From Lama guanicoe (Eukaryota): a DNA stretch of 64,000 nucleotides. Numbering within the stretch: position 1 is the first letter of the stretch; every line of letters begins with the position of its first letter. The notes under the pieces are model-generated. The model was not told where the DNA came from. It did no database searches and saw only the letters and a program-made list of their open reading frames with translations. A program made the translations under genes and the position numbers. The stretch lies in NCBI GenBank assembly GCA_013239625.1, contig MU056050.1, positions 92,337-156,336 of the forward strand. Reading direction: 5' to 3'. Below, piece by piece: positions 12,491 through 23,377 of the stretch.

Positions 12491-15400
12491 TAAATAGTAA
12501 GCTTCCATAGTGGTATTTTAAAGGTGTTCCAATTCATCAGAACTTGAACTGGATTTCAGCCCTTTCAGGAGCCACGCGTAAGCGTATACGAGTGTCTCCC
12601 ATCAGTTGGCATGGTACTCAGGCCTGGGGATGGGACAGGAAGGATACACGGATTACTTCTGGTTCGAAAGGGCACAGCTTTACAAGCACCAGCCCCTGAA
12701 AGGGGCAGGCGAGTGTGTGAAGGTGAGCAGGGCATTGTAGGGGAGCCCAGGGGGCTCAAGAATGAGCTCTGAATTCCCCCAAATTATTTTGCCTACCTCC
12801 TAATACGCTGCGGGAGGGCTGGTAGCGCGGACAGGTGGGCCGTGTGGCGTAGCAGACTCTGGAGTCGGACTGCACGTGAAACCTGGCACTGCCACTTATT
12901 TACTGACTGACCTTGAGCAACTTTCTTAACCTCTCTGAGCCAGGCAGATTTAATGAGTGGACCCACAAAAGTACTCCAGCACCTGAGAAGAGCCCCCTGG
13001 AAACCTGTAGCTATATTTTTCCCTTCTAAGAGCCAGCCTCTGGCAACGTGATTCAACCCTTTGAATCTTGCTCTTAAAGGCAGTCACGCTTAAAAGGCAC
13101 AGACCACAAAATAGTTCATTTAAAAATATTCAGTAGTTGTAGAGAACATATGTTTGGTTTCAGTTTGTGTGGGTTTAGCACCTACTAAATTTTTTTTAAC
13201 TAAACTATGAAGCAAAAGAATGTTAATACTTAGATCTGGTTCAGGGTTTAACAAATTCATGTGGTTTGTTTCTGTTTGAGAGTCACGATTCTGTTTGGTT
13301 CAGTCTCTGGGCAGAGCTCCCCCTGCCCTGAAATGCCATCTTGTGCCTTTTCACTGCTCCCTCCCTCAAGCCTCCAGGACGGCAGGGCTCTCCTGCCATA
13401 CCCTACTGCTGCCTGATTAAGCTTGCTAAAACATTTTTAAAACTCAGTCATTCGTTTAATCAAAACCCTTCCGTGGCTCCCCATCACCTTCAGGGAAAAG
13501 TGTCCCAATTCCTCAGTCTGCCATAATCTGACTCCAGAATGGAGTCCACACTCCAGCCAGGCCGGAGTCCTCAGAGGCCCCAAACTGGCCACGCTGGGCA
13601 CTGACTCCAGACCATTGCTCAGATTTCTGCCCCTGCATGGGAGGTACTGCCTTCTGTTCTCTGCACAACCTGCTCTCTCCCACTGCTCAGAGTTCAACAC
13701 ACACGTCTCCAGTGCCTTCTTCAAGGACGCCAGTGCCCATTCCTTAGCTTTTCCCCTGGACTCCCACAGCCTCGGACAGTCTGTCCTTCCTAGTTTGGCA
13801 CTTGCGTATGTCAATAATTCAGTTATTCCCTTCATTCGATGGTTAGTTACTGAGAGCCGACTCAGTGCTGAGTACTGTGTGGGGTACCTGAAGCTACACC
13901 CAAGGCCAAGGTGGACATGAAGGCTCCATCTAAACTGTAACCTCTTGAGGGCAAGGTCATCTCACACTTCTTTTGTGTCTCCCTCACGGCCTCCTAGCTC
14001 AGTGGTAGAAACGTTATGGGTCGTCAATAGATACTCAGTGAATGAGTAACTGAGTTCAAAGACTGCTGAGCATTGCATTTATCTTAAGATTGATTACCCA
14101 ATGCGGGCTTTCACCGCCTTGCTCCCAACTGGCTGGGTGTGCCTGGAGAAACCACTAACCTCTGTGTTTCAGTCCCCATTTAACAAAGTAAAAGGCAACA
14201 GACCTTGGATAAGGCTGAAGGGCATCCTTCTGCTCTTTGAAAGGGACCTGGAACAGTTCACCAACTCTTGGTGGCCCGCAGCAGCAATGGGCAGCCTTGG
14301 TGCATTTCTCTCACTGCACATATTCTGTGTATCTGTCTACACCCCTCTCCCCACAATTCCCCTGGCGAACTGAGTTCCTTCAAGACAAAATGATATTTTA
14401 GGGATGTCATGTTCTATTCTTCTAGAACAGTCCCCAGCACACAGTAAGAGCTCAATGAAAGTGGCAAAGGGAGGAATGAATGAAAGTGAACTCTCATCCC
14501 GTATTTGATTTATTACCAGCTGCAGTAGTTCACAAACTACCCACATTTTCTTTCGTGTCCTGGAGGTTACACACTGAAAACCAGCGATCTTGACTTGACC
14601 TCTTCAAAGCTGAGTGAAGTCCTGAAAGGCAGCCGCTGAGATGTGTCCTAGAGAAAGCAACCTTCCCACACAAGATGAAATGGAGTCATCTAAACTTGGG
14701 ATCAAAACCTCACTGCCCCTGACGTCAAAGAAGGTCTGTGGCTCCAAGGGGACAGTAGAAACCCTGTTTCCACAGTGCTGTACAAATGATTGCCTGATGT
14801 TTTGGTTCCCACTTTTTTTTTCTTGGCCTCCCTTCCAGGAAATGGACTGGAGGAGCTGGCGATTGATTAAAAATAGGCTTTGTGTGAGGAAAACAAATAT
14901 GCATTCGGCAAAATTAGTCTCCCAGCCTCAGAAGGCTTGCTGCCAGCTATGCTTAGGCCTAGAGTTTCAGTCTCCCCTCAGCTGGCTGGAAAAAGCCTTG
15001 GGTCAAGGAAAATCTTTTCCCTCTATTGTAGGATCATCGCCTCTTAAGTCTCACGGCCTTGGTTTCTCACCGAGTGGGACTGTTTCCTGATGAAAAGCTT
15101 AGTAAGTGCTTTTCTAGTGGCTTTGCCCTTGGAATCTCAGCACTGCAGACCTGCCCGGGCAAGGCGCCTGAGACTGGTCTCCAGGCACCAGGTGGGTGAA
15201 CACCATTTCCAGGCTTGAAGGTCTAATGGGGCAGTGTCCTCAGGACCCCTCTTAGTTGCCTAGTCTCGTAGTTTATTTTCCTGGGTAAAAGGTGTTCCTC
15301 TTTCTGATCCTTTTCAAAACATGTCACTCCTTTGTCATCAGGTCTTTACTCAAGCCCCGTCCTGTGCTGGGGGCCTGAGGATGCAGATAAGATTAAGTCA

Positions 15401-16419
15401 CGTTCTCTGCCTTTAGGGAGCCCAGAGTTTAGCAGCGCTCCTCATAAAATTCCTCTAGGGCCTTGAACACAATACCGGCATAACTTGCTTTAAGAAAGTC
15501 AGTGGTTATGAAGTTCAGATTGACAGGAAGATAAATTGGCCATGCGTCTCCACTTAAAAAAAAATTCACCTAAGGGCTCAGCTAAATGGAATTTAAAGTA
15601 GGGTTTAGTTTAGTCAAACCTTTTTTTCCAGAAACACACCTAATTGCAGAGACAAAGGTGTGCCAGCCAGGAATCACGTCTCTCTCCCAGCAGGCCTCCT
15701 CTCTCCTCCTGGGGTCTCAGGCCCAGGGCTGGCCACCTCCCAGCCTCGGGCGCAGGAGGCCGCGAAATGGAAAAGGAGTGCGAAGAGGGGAGCCGGTGGA
15801 GGAGAGGTGTCGAGACGATTGAGAAGGTAAAAAGACCGGGAAGGACAGAGCAGGGGGAGGGATAAGGGGAGGCAAGAGGAAAGATAGCAGAATAACTCCA
15901 GTTCCCCAAGGACCTATTTTCCATTCCTTTGATCATTTTTGGAAGGATGGGCTCAGGAAGTACAATTATAGCCAGCTCTCCATCACCGCTGTGAAGGCGG
16001 GAAGTCCTTTACAAGTGTTAGTTATTATTATAACATGAATAATTGAACCTTCCAGATAATCCCCAAGCCTCATTTGAGTCTTTAAGTTTCTCTTCCTCTG
16101 CTGCCAAGCCTTGTAATGAAATGAGACCAGTGCTATGAGTCCCTCTTCTCCTCCCCCCGCACCCCACCCCTGATCTGTCAGTCTTAACTCTCAAACAGGA
16201 GAAACTGGCCCCCCAACACCAAGAGCAGGGAGTGAGTAAGGAAGGGGTGCTTCCATGTGTCCCCTCTAGATCGATCTACCTCCATCCAGGCCCCCTCGGC
16301 CAACTCCTCCTTTCCACCCTCCCCATTCTGGCCCTCAGCATCCCTGCACTGAGAGTCTGAAGAAAATATGTCCGTGGCAGGCATTGGCTGACATGCCCCA
16401 CATGCATGGCTGTCCACTC

Positions 16420-17420
16420 AGGCTTGGCATCACCTGCTCTCGCATTTTTGTCTCTTTCACCTTCTAAATTACTCTTAAAAGTACTCCTTGCTTTCAAATG
16501 TCCCCAAACCAACTACATCTAGGCTCCATTCCCTTTGGCCTGGACTCTTAAAGTGGACCCCCTAGCTGCCTCCAGTCTCTAACCATTCAAATCATCTTCC
16601 ATGCCATACCATTCGATGGCTCCCCACTGCTTACAGGGACAAGTCCAAAGGCATCCCATGGCCAATGAGCCCTGCATGATCTGATCTGTGACTACAGTCC
16701 TGCTCTCACCTCCTACTACCTTGTGTAACCACCCACACCATCACCACTGCTGGGAATACCGTCCCCACCTCCACCCCATTTGGGTTTGCTTCCTAACTCC
16801 CTACCTATCCTTGAAGTCCCAGCTCCCACATCACCTCCTCCTTGACACCACCTCCTGCCCCCAGCAACTCTGACTTTCAGTCATTTGTGTCATGAGGCTC
16901 CCCAGTATGTCCATGGATCTCTTCACACACTATTGTAATCAGTGGCTCCCATGTCTGTCATCCTTACTAGCTTGTGAACTTCTTAGCAGGAGTCTCTGTA
17001 TTCCTGGCACCTAAACATGCTTTAGCAGAACGAGCACCAAGCCAGCTCCTGCCTCAGGGCCTTTGCACTTGCTGTTCCCTCTGAGACATTCTTTCCCCAA
17101 GTACCTACTTGGGCTGCCCTCTCATATCATTCAGGGCTCTTCACAAATTTCACCTCCTCAAAGAGGTCTTTCCTGGATACTCCATATAATGGGGCACACA
17201 CACTCTCCACTTTGTCTACCTATCTCTCCTGCTTCATTTTTTTTCAGAGCTCTGATCAACACTTGGCATGGTATATATTCACATGTCTATTGACACTCTT
17301 CCCTAATAAAATATAAGCTCCACGAGGGCAAGGACCTTGTTTTGTTGGCTGCTGAATCTCCAGTGTCTGTAACAGGGCCAGGCACAAAGTGCTCAATGAC
17401 TATTTGTTGAGTGTTGTTGA
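16420..17420 (+). mobile_element. L2 LINE fragments
   Basis: L2 motifs (cctcagggcctttgcacttgctgttccct, aagctccacgagggcaaggac, ggcacaaagtgctcaat). Confidence 0.7.
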
Positions 17421-17424
17421 ACTT

Positions 17425-17640
17425 GGACTTAGAATGGGGTTTGAATCCTACCTCTACCATTTTTAAATTCTGTGTCACCTTGGGCTAGTTGTCCGTTGCC
17501 TCTGAGCCTCACTCTTATCATCTGTAAAATGGGGATAATAATTCTCCATACATCACAGATAAGAATTAAATGAGATCAGATATTTGAGAACACTGAGCAC
17601 GATGCCTGGCACAGAGAAGGCAGTTAATGCATGTCAGCTG
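17425..17640 (+). mobile_element. MIR SINE
   Basis: ctctgagcctc, catctgtaaaatggggataataa, aaatgagat. Confidence 0.8.
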
Positions 17641-17766
17641 AAATCTGTTGGCAGACCAATGTCTTCTACTTCTCTGATCCCTACCAGGCGCCCTTCCCCC
17701 ACATTAGCCCTTTTCACGCCATTGTGACCAAATAATCATCCCTGTGCCCAGGACCTCAGCACTCAC

Positions 17767-17855
17767 TTGCCGCAGTTGTAGAGGTCACAGCAGAAGCAGG
17801 TGTTGCCCCGGATGCGAGGTGTGCAGAATCCACGGCTGAGGTGAGGGCAGTTCAC
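17767..17855 (-). CDS. TMEM255A: TMEM255A exon 7 (VNCPHLSRGFCTPRIRGNTCFCCDLYNCG+N), Cys-rich
   Basis: Manual translation; ctcAG acceptor, GTGAGT donor; 89 nt, phase 2. Confidence 0.96.
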
Positions 17856-18253
17856 CTGAGGGCACACAACAGTGAAGAGATGAGATGGCATTGGATAGGA
17901 GGTGGGACCCTCTGGGATTGGAAACTTGAGTTAGTGACTGATGGAGACGGTAAGGATGGCTGTGAAATGAACACGAGGGATGGGGCTGGGCCGGTGGCTG
18001 GCTGAACCTGTGTGTGAGGTAAGTTACTGTGTAGCTGGGCTCGTGTCCAGCCACAGCCACAGCCCTCAGTGCCCCATCCCTGAAGGATGGAGATGGAGAG
18101 GAGGAAGGACAGATGGAAGGACAGACAGAAGAACAAATGGACAGTAGGAAATGAAGATATGAGCGGAAGGAAAATCAGGGTAGAGGAGGGATGGGGATCA
18201 GATGGGAGGGAAGACAGAGGGGCCATCACATGCACTCTGAAGTACAATAGTAC

Positions 18254-18325
18254 CTCTCTAGCTGCCTGGGTAAGGTTCCTCATAACCCTCGCGGAAGGAG
18301 AATTTTTGGTTGAGGAACTTATGAC
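18254..18325 (-). CDS. TMEM255A: TMEM255A exon 6, probable cassette exon (VISSSTKNSPSARVMRNLTQAARE)
   Basis: Embedded in ORF 17852..18409; AAG acceptor and weak GTACTA donor; 72 nt, phase 0-0. Confidence 0.9.
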
Positions 18326-18700
18326 CTTATATAGGAAAAATAGGGTTAGGGGGACCAGGGTTACAAGCAAACCTGTGGAAGTCATTATTAACATCTGTAC
18401 AGTCACCAAGTTAACACAAGAAAGTGATCACAATGAAATCAAGAAAATAGTAATGACATTTTATACATCTTGAGTTTGCAAAAAAAATTAAAAAGTAATT
18501 TCCATTTACTGTCTCTTGCTTGTGAGAAATTTTCCAGGCTCTCCCAGACTCCCATACAGATGCAATGAAGTGTTTGTAAATTTGTTTTGCTGTGTTATAG
18601 AGAATATTGGTGGTAAATGGGCACATTTTTCTATATTGGGTCCTTCATACAAAAGCTCATGCCTTTCTGGTATGCTGTTGGCACATACACACTTCTGCTC

Positions 18701-18985
18701 CTCCCTCCTAACCCAAGAATAGTTCGAAAAATGGTAAATTGGTGACTGGGGAAGGAAAATGGAACAAGTTGATGGAAGAGCTGTAATTGAAGTATTTTCC
18801 CCAATGCCTTTGGAGCAGGGCCACCGCTTTGCCTGACTCCAAGGGCACTGCTCACACTGTATTTTATGGAGAATGGCTTCCCCTGAACTTGGGCAATGTG
18901 ATTGCCATTTTACATCCACTTGTCTCCCTTTTCTCCCAATCACAAAGTTACCATTTTTCTAACTATTCTTGGGGGTGAGGGGGAG
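18701..18985. repeat. Long imperfect inverted repeat with an internal second hairpin
   Basis: 18712-18737 matches the reverse complement of 18948-18973 at 25/26; arms extend to about 73 bp; inner stem 18805-18819 with 18832-18847. Confidence 0.9.
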
Positions 18986-19793
18986 GTTGACTTTCAATTT
19001 GAGGTTAATAGAGTACCAAATGGTTGAGGTTCCTAGAAGCACATGGTAGAGTTTCATATTAAATGTGTCTCTGGGATGGGGAAGGAAGATTGTGAACTGA
19101 AATGAAAGCTGCCCAAAAATGACCTGGAGTCGAGCTTTACCTCACCACCCACTGCCTCAAGTTCTGTGTGAGGCCACATGGAATGCAAGGAGAGCTGTGC
19201 AGGGCAGGAGAGACGCACCTTGTGTGTGTCCCTGCAAGCATTATGAGACTGGCCTCTTGGAGGTGTCATCAGAGGGGCCAGACCAGCAGTCCAGGTCTCC
19301 CCAGAGTGTCAAAGTGGACCAGGCTTCTCAATTACCCTCATTTGGCTTCCTGACACCTCCTGAATGTGGGACTCAGGCTCTGCCTCCCTGGTCCAGGCCT
19401 GGGGCCTTGGTGGGGCTCCTGCTTCTCTTCCAGCTGGACATAGAGTCCAGGCAGCTGAACCATCAGCCACAGCAATGGGGGAGGGGCCTGCCCTGTGGCC
19501 TCTGTACTCTCATCTGTCCTTCGTGGGATCAAAGCCACACACTGAGAGGATGCCTGCTAGGGTCAGAGGGGCAGCCTGTGGCCACAGAACAAAGTAAATC
19601 TGATTAGGCCTCCTGATGCTCTAACCTATGACCATAGCCCCATTAGCACTGTGCTCTGACCCACTGAACAAATCAACTAAAGAAACCTCACAACAAGGTG
19701 TAGGCCTGAGTAAAGGAGTTAAAGGAAGGGGTTTCCAGGCAGAACAGAAACTTTCCCAAAAGGTAAGACATGCAGCCTCATTCTGGCTCTTAC

Positions 19794-19862
19794 CTCCTCA
19801 GCTTCCTTCTGGGATGTCTTGGGGACATAGTGGCACCGGTTGGCATAGAGTGGCTTCAGATC
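19794..19862 (-). CDS. TMEM255A: TMEM255A exon 5 (DLKPLYANRCHYVPKTSQKEAEE)
   Basis: Manual translation; ttctAG acceptor, GTAAGA donor; 69 nt. Confidence 0.95.
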
Positions 19863-20669
19863 CTAGAAAGTGAAACACCAAACCAAAGTGGGTTTTGGCT
19901 TTGGAAAGTAAAGCCTCAAGTGCTCTAATTTGTAGTAAAAGTTTTGGATACACACACACACACACATACACCGCCCCCCAAGAGCAGACAGTGGGTGGGT
20001 TAATTTCTGAAAGTTGCCCATCTAGGGAGCCTGAGAATGTGAGGATCAGATAAAAATGTTCTAATAACTTCTTTCTACTGGGCCACTTGTTTAACGGGAA
20101 ATTAAGAAATTTATCAAGGAATGGGCTCAGGATCAAGATGGTGAAAGAGAAGGACATGGAGCTCACCTCCCCCTACAAGTACTCAAAAATACATCTACAT
20201 GTGGAACAATTCTCACAGAACACCTACTGAACTCTTGCAGAAGATCTTATACAATCAAAACTACAAAAAAGATCACCACATAACCAGGTAGGACAAAAAA
20301 AGAAAAAAGAATTGATACAGGACCTGTACCCCTGGGAGAGAGCTGTGAAAGAGGAAAGGTTCCCTCACCCTGGGAAGCTCCTTCACCAGTGGGGAGTTCA
20401 GCCAGGACAGAAGGGGTGCTTCGGAGGCTCGAAGGAGAATGCAGCAGCCAGTTTGCAGCAGGCAGAACAGAGAGAGCCCAGCACAGAGGGTCCATGCCCC
20501 CTCGCTGCACTCCTCAGCCCAAGACGCACATCTGCTGGTACACGCTGGGGCTAGATGCTGAAATTCAAGCTTTAGAGGACAGACCCAGGGAGATGACTGG
20601 GCTCCTTGGGCTGGAGTGTGGTATGGGCCACAACTGGGAGTGTGTGCAATGGAGCCTGGGTCTGCTATA

Positions 20670-20965
20670 AAAAGCCCCATTGTTAACTTGAGTGAAGGAA
20701 GGGGCGGGACCTCGCCATAGCAGCCTCTTTCTTGGCATGCTTACAGGGGTGTGGCTCTGCCATAGAAACCCCATTGTTAAGACATGCACATGAAGGGAGG
20801 AGCAGTACCCTGCCATAGCAGCCTCTTTCTCAGCATGCTCATAGCCAGCATTGCTCCACCGTAGAAGCCCCACTGTAAATGTGTGCATGCAAAGGGAGGA
20901 GCAGAACCCTGCAATAGCAGCCCCCTTCTCAGTGTGCTCACAGCCAGCACAGCTCTGCCTCTAAG
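20670..20965 (+). repeat. Three diverged tandem units of about 95-100 bp in the L1 5'UTR
   Basis: Recurring aa(g/a)cccca(t/c)tgt...atagcagcc at about 20672, 20766 and 20865. Confidence 0.85.
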
Positions 20966-23249
20966 AGCTCTGGGAGAGCACAAGTGCTGACAGGTTGCTC
21001 CCAAGCTAAGGCAGGGCAGAAATCTGAGTCTATTTCCAGGGGCCATGTAACTTCGGAAGCAGGGCTGAAATCTGAGCTGTGTCCCAGGTGGCTTTGGTGG
21101 ATTTATGCCACCGGTGCCTTTGTAAGCTCAGTGCCATGTGGGACATCTGAGCAGATTACTGGTGCATGGCTGGGGCAGGTCTGGAGTTAGCAGTGGGTAC
21201 ACATGCAGAGGCAGGGCTGGGATTTGGGCTGACTCTGTAGCTCCCACAGTGGATCCAACTGCGTGACTACATGCAAGTATGGTGAGCCCTGATGCCTGAC
21301 TTCAGTGGATATGCACTGGTGACTTTGTGAGCATAGCACCTGAGGGACACCCGGACAGGCTACTTTAATTCCCATGGCTGAGGTAGGGCCTTGGGCAGTG
21401 CCAACAACAGTGTACTTTGTGAGCCTACACAACAGGTGACAGACAACATCACAGAGTGCACTTCCCAGTGGACAGCTCCTGTGGAGGAATACTCAGTGGC
21501 TCCTCTCCCATTGGAAGCGCTCCAGTCCCACATACCTCACACTGCAGCTCAGAAATGGATCTGGGGGCTTCTATGCCAACAAGTGGGGAGCAGATCCTGT
21601 CCCCGACAGAGCTGTGACAACCACAGAGCCAAGAGGAGGCCCTACTCAACATCCAGTGCAGGCTCTGGTCACCACTACACCAACCACACCCCCTATCAAG
21701 GGGATAACAGCCAGCATACATGGAAGAAAGATGTGTCAAGCATCCATACTAAAAACAGCCCTCATGACAAAAATATTAGATGTGCACAGTCTACACAGGG
21801 GTGCTCCCACTTGAAAAAAACAACCCTTCAAGATCACAGTAGATAACTATTATTCCTAAATTCAGAGTCAGAAATATAAGTAAAATGAAGAATCAAAGGA
21901 GCCACTCCCAATTAAAAGAACAAGACAAATCTCCTTAAAGAACAAACAATGAAAGAGACCTCTCCAGTCTACTATCACAAGTTCAAACAGGAGATAATAA
22001 AAATACTGAAGGAATTAAGAAAGGCTATCAATAGAAATGCAGATCATTGTAATAAAGAGATAGAAACTATAAAGAGGAGCCAAGTAAAATTAGAAAACTC
22101 ATTTGCTGAGATGAAAGCCGAGCTAAAGGCAATAAACAGTAAATTAAATAATGCAGAAGAATGAATAAGTGATCTGGAAGATAGAATAATGAAAATCACC
22201 AAATCAGAACAACAGACAGAAAAACAAATGAAAAAAATAGAAAGTAAGGTAAAAGACCTATGGGATAATATAAAGCATGCTGATCTATGCATAACAGGGT
22301 CCCAGAAAGAGAAGAAAGAGAAAAAGGGATTGAAAATGTATTTGAAGACATTATGCCTGAAAACTTCCCAGACCTAAAGAAGGAAACAGATATCCATGTA
22401 CAGTAAACACAGGGGGTCCCAAACAAGATGAGCCCCAAAGACCAATACCAAGACATATTATAATTAAAATGGCAAAAGTTAAAGATAAAGAGAAGATTCT
22501 AAAGGCAGCAAGAGAAAAACAGTTAGTTACAAGAGAACCCCCAGGCTATCAGCTGATTTCTCTGTAGAAACTTCACAGGCCAGAGGGGAGTGGTAAGATA
22601 CATTCAAAGTCCTAAAAGGGAAAAACCTGTAACCTAGGATACTCTACCCAGCAAGATTATCATTTAGAATAGAAGGAGAGATAAAGAATTTCTCAGACAA
22701 GCCAAAACTAAAAGAATAAAGCAATACTAAACCTATCCTAAAAGAAACATTGAAAGGTCTTCTGTAAACAGAAAAGAAGCAATAATCTACAGAATAGAGA
22801 AAATCACAATTGGAAATGTGATGATAACTACAATGAACAGCAAAAGAATAAACATAAAGATGTAAAAGAGGACATCCAAATAATAATATGTGAGGGAGAG
22901 GAGTAAGAAAATGTAGGGGTTTTTTCTTCTTTCTTTTTCCTGAATGTGTTTGAGCCTATATGACTATCAGTTTAAAGCAAGTAGATACAGTAATGGGTTA
23001 ACATACTTGAAAAACAGGGTAACTACATATCAAAAGCATACTATAGAGTAACAAAAACCAAAAAGAAGAGAACTCAAGCATAATACAAAAGAAAAATCAT
23101 CAAATTGCAAAAGTAAAAACAAAAAGAAAAAGGAATGAAGAAGAAATATAAAATCAACTGGAAAACAAGGTTTAAAATGGCAATATATACTTATCAATAA
23201 TTACTTTAAATGTCAATGTACTAAATGCTCTAATCAAAAGACATATAGT

Positions 23250-23377
23250 TGGGAGGGGCATAGCTCAGTGGTAGAGTGCATGCCTAGCATGTACGAGGTC
23301 CTGGGTTCAATCCCCAGTACCTCCATTTAAAAATAAATAAATAAATAAACCTAATTACCTCTACCCTCCAAAAAAAT
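23250..23377 (+). mobile_element. Vic-1-type tRNA-derived SINE inserted at the start of L1 ORF2
   Basis: A box tagctcagtgg, B box ggttcaatcc, (TAAA)n-cctaattacc tail; 14-bp TSD aaaagacata(t/c)agt at 23236-23249 and 23378-23391. Confidence 0.9.

Noticed and set aside
17852..18409. 185-aa minus-strand ORF
   Set aside because: Only the 24 codons of exon 6 are coding; the rest is read-through of pyrimidine-rich intron sequence.
20670..20965. Repeat array as a CRISPR-like structure
   Set aside because: The units are diverged tandem copies without unique spacers and lie within an L1 5'UTR in a mammalian genome.
23250..23325. tRNA-Ala-like sequence as a functional tRNA gene
   Set aside because: It has a SINE tail and a TSD and sits inside L1 ORF2, so it is a SINE head.
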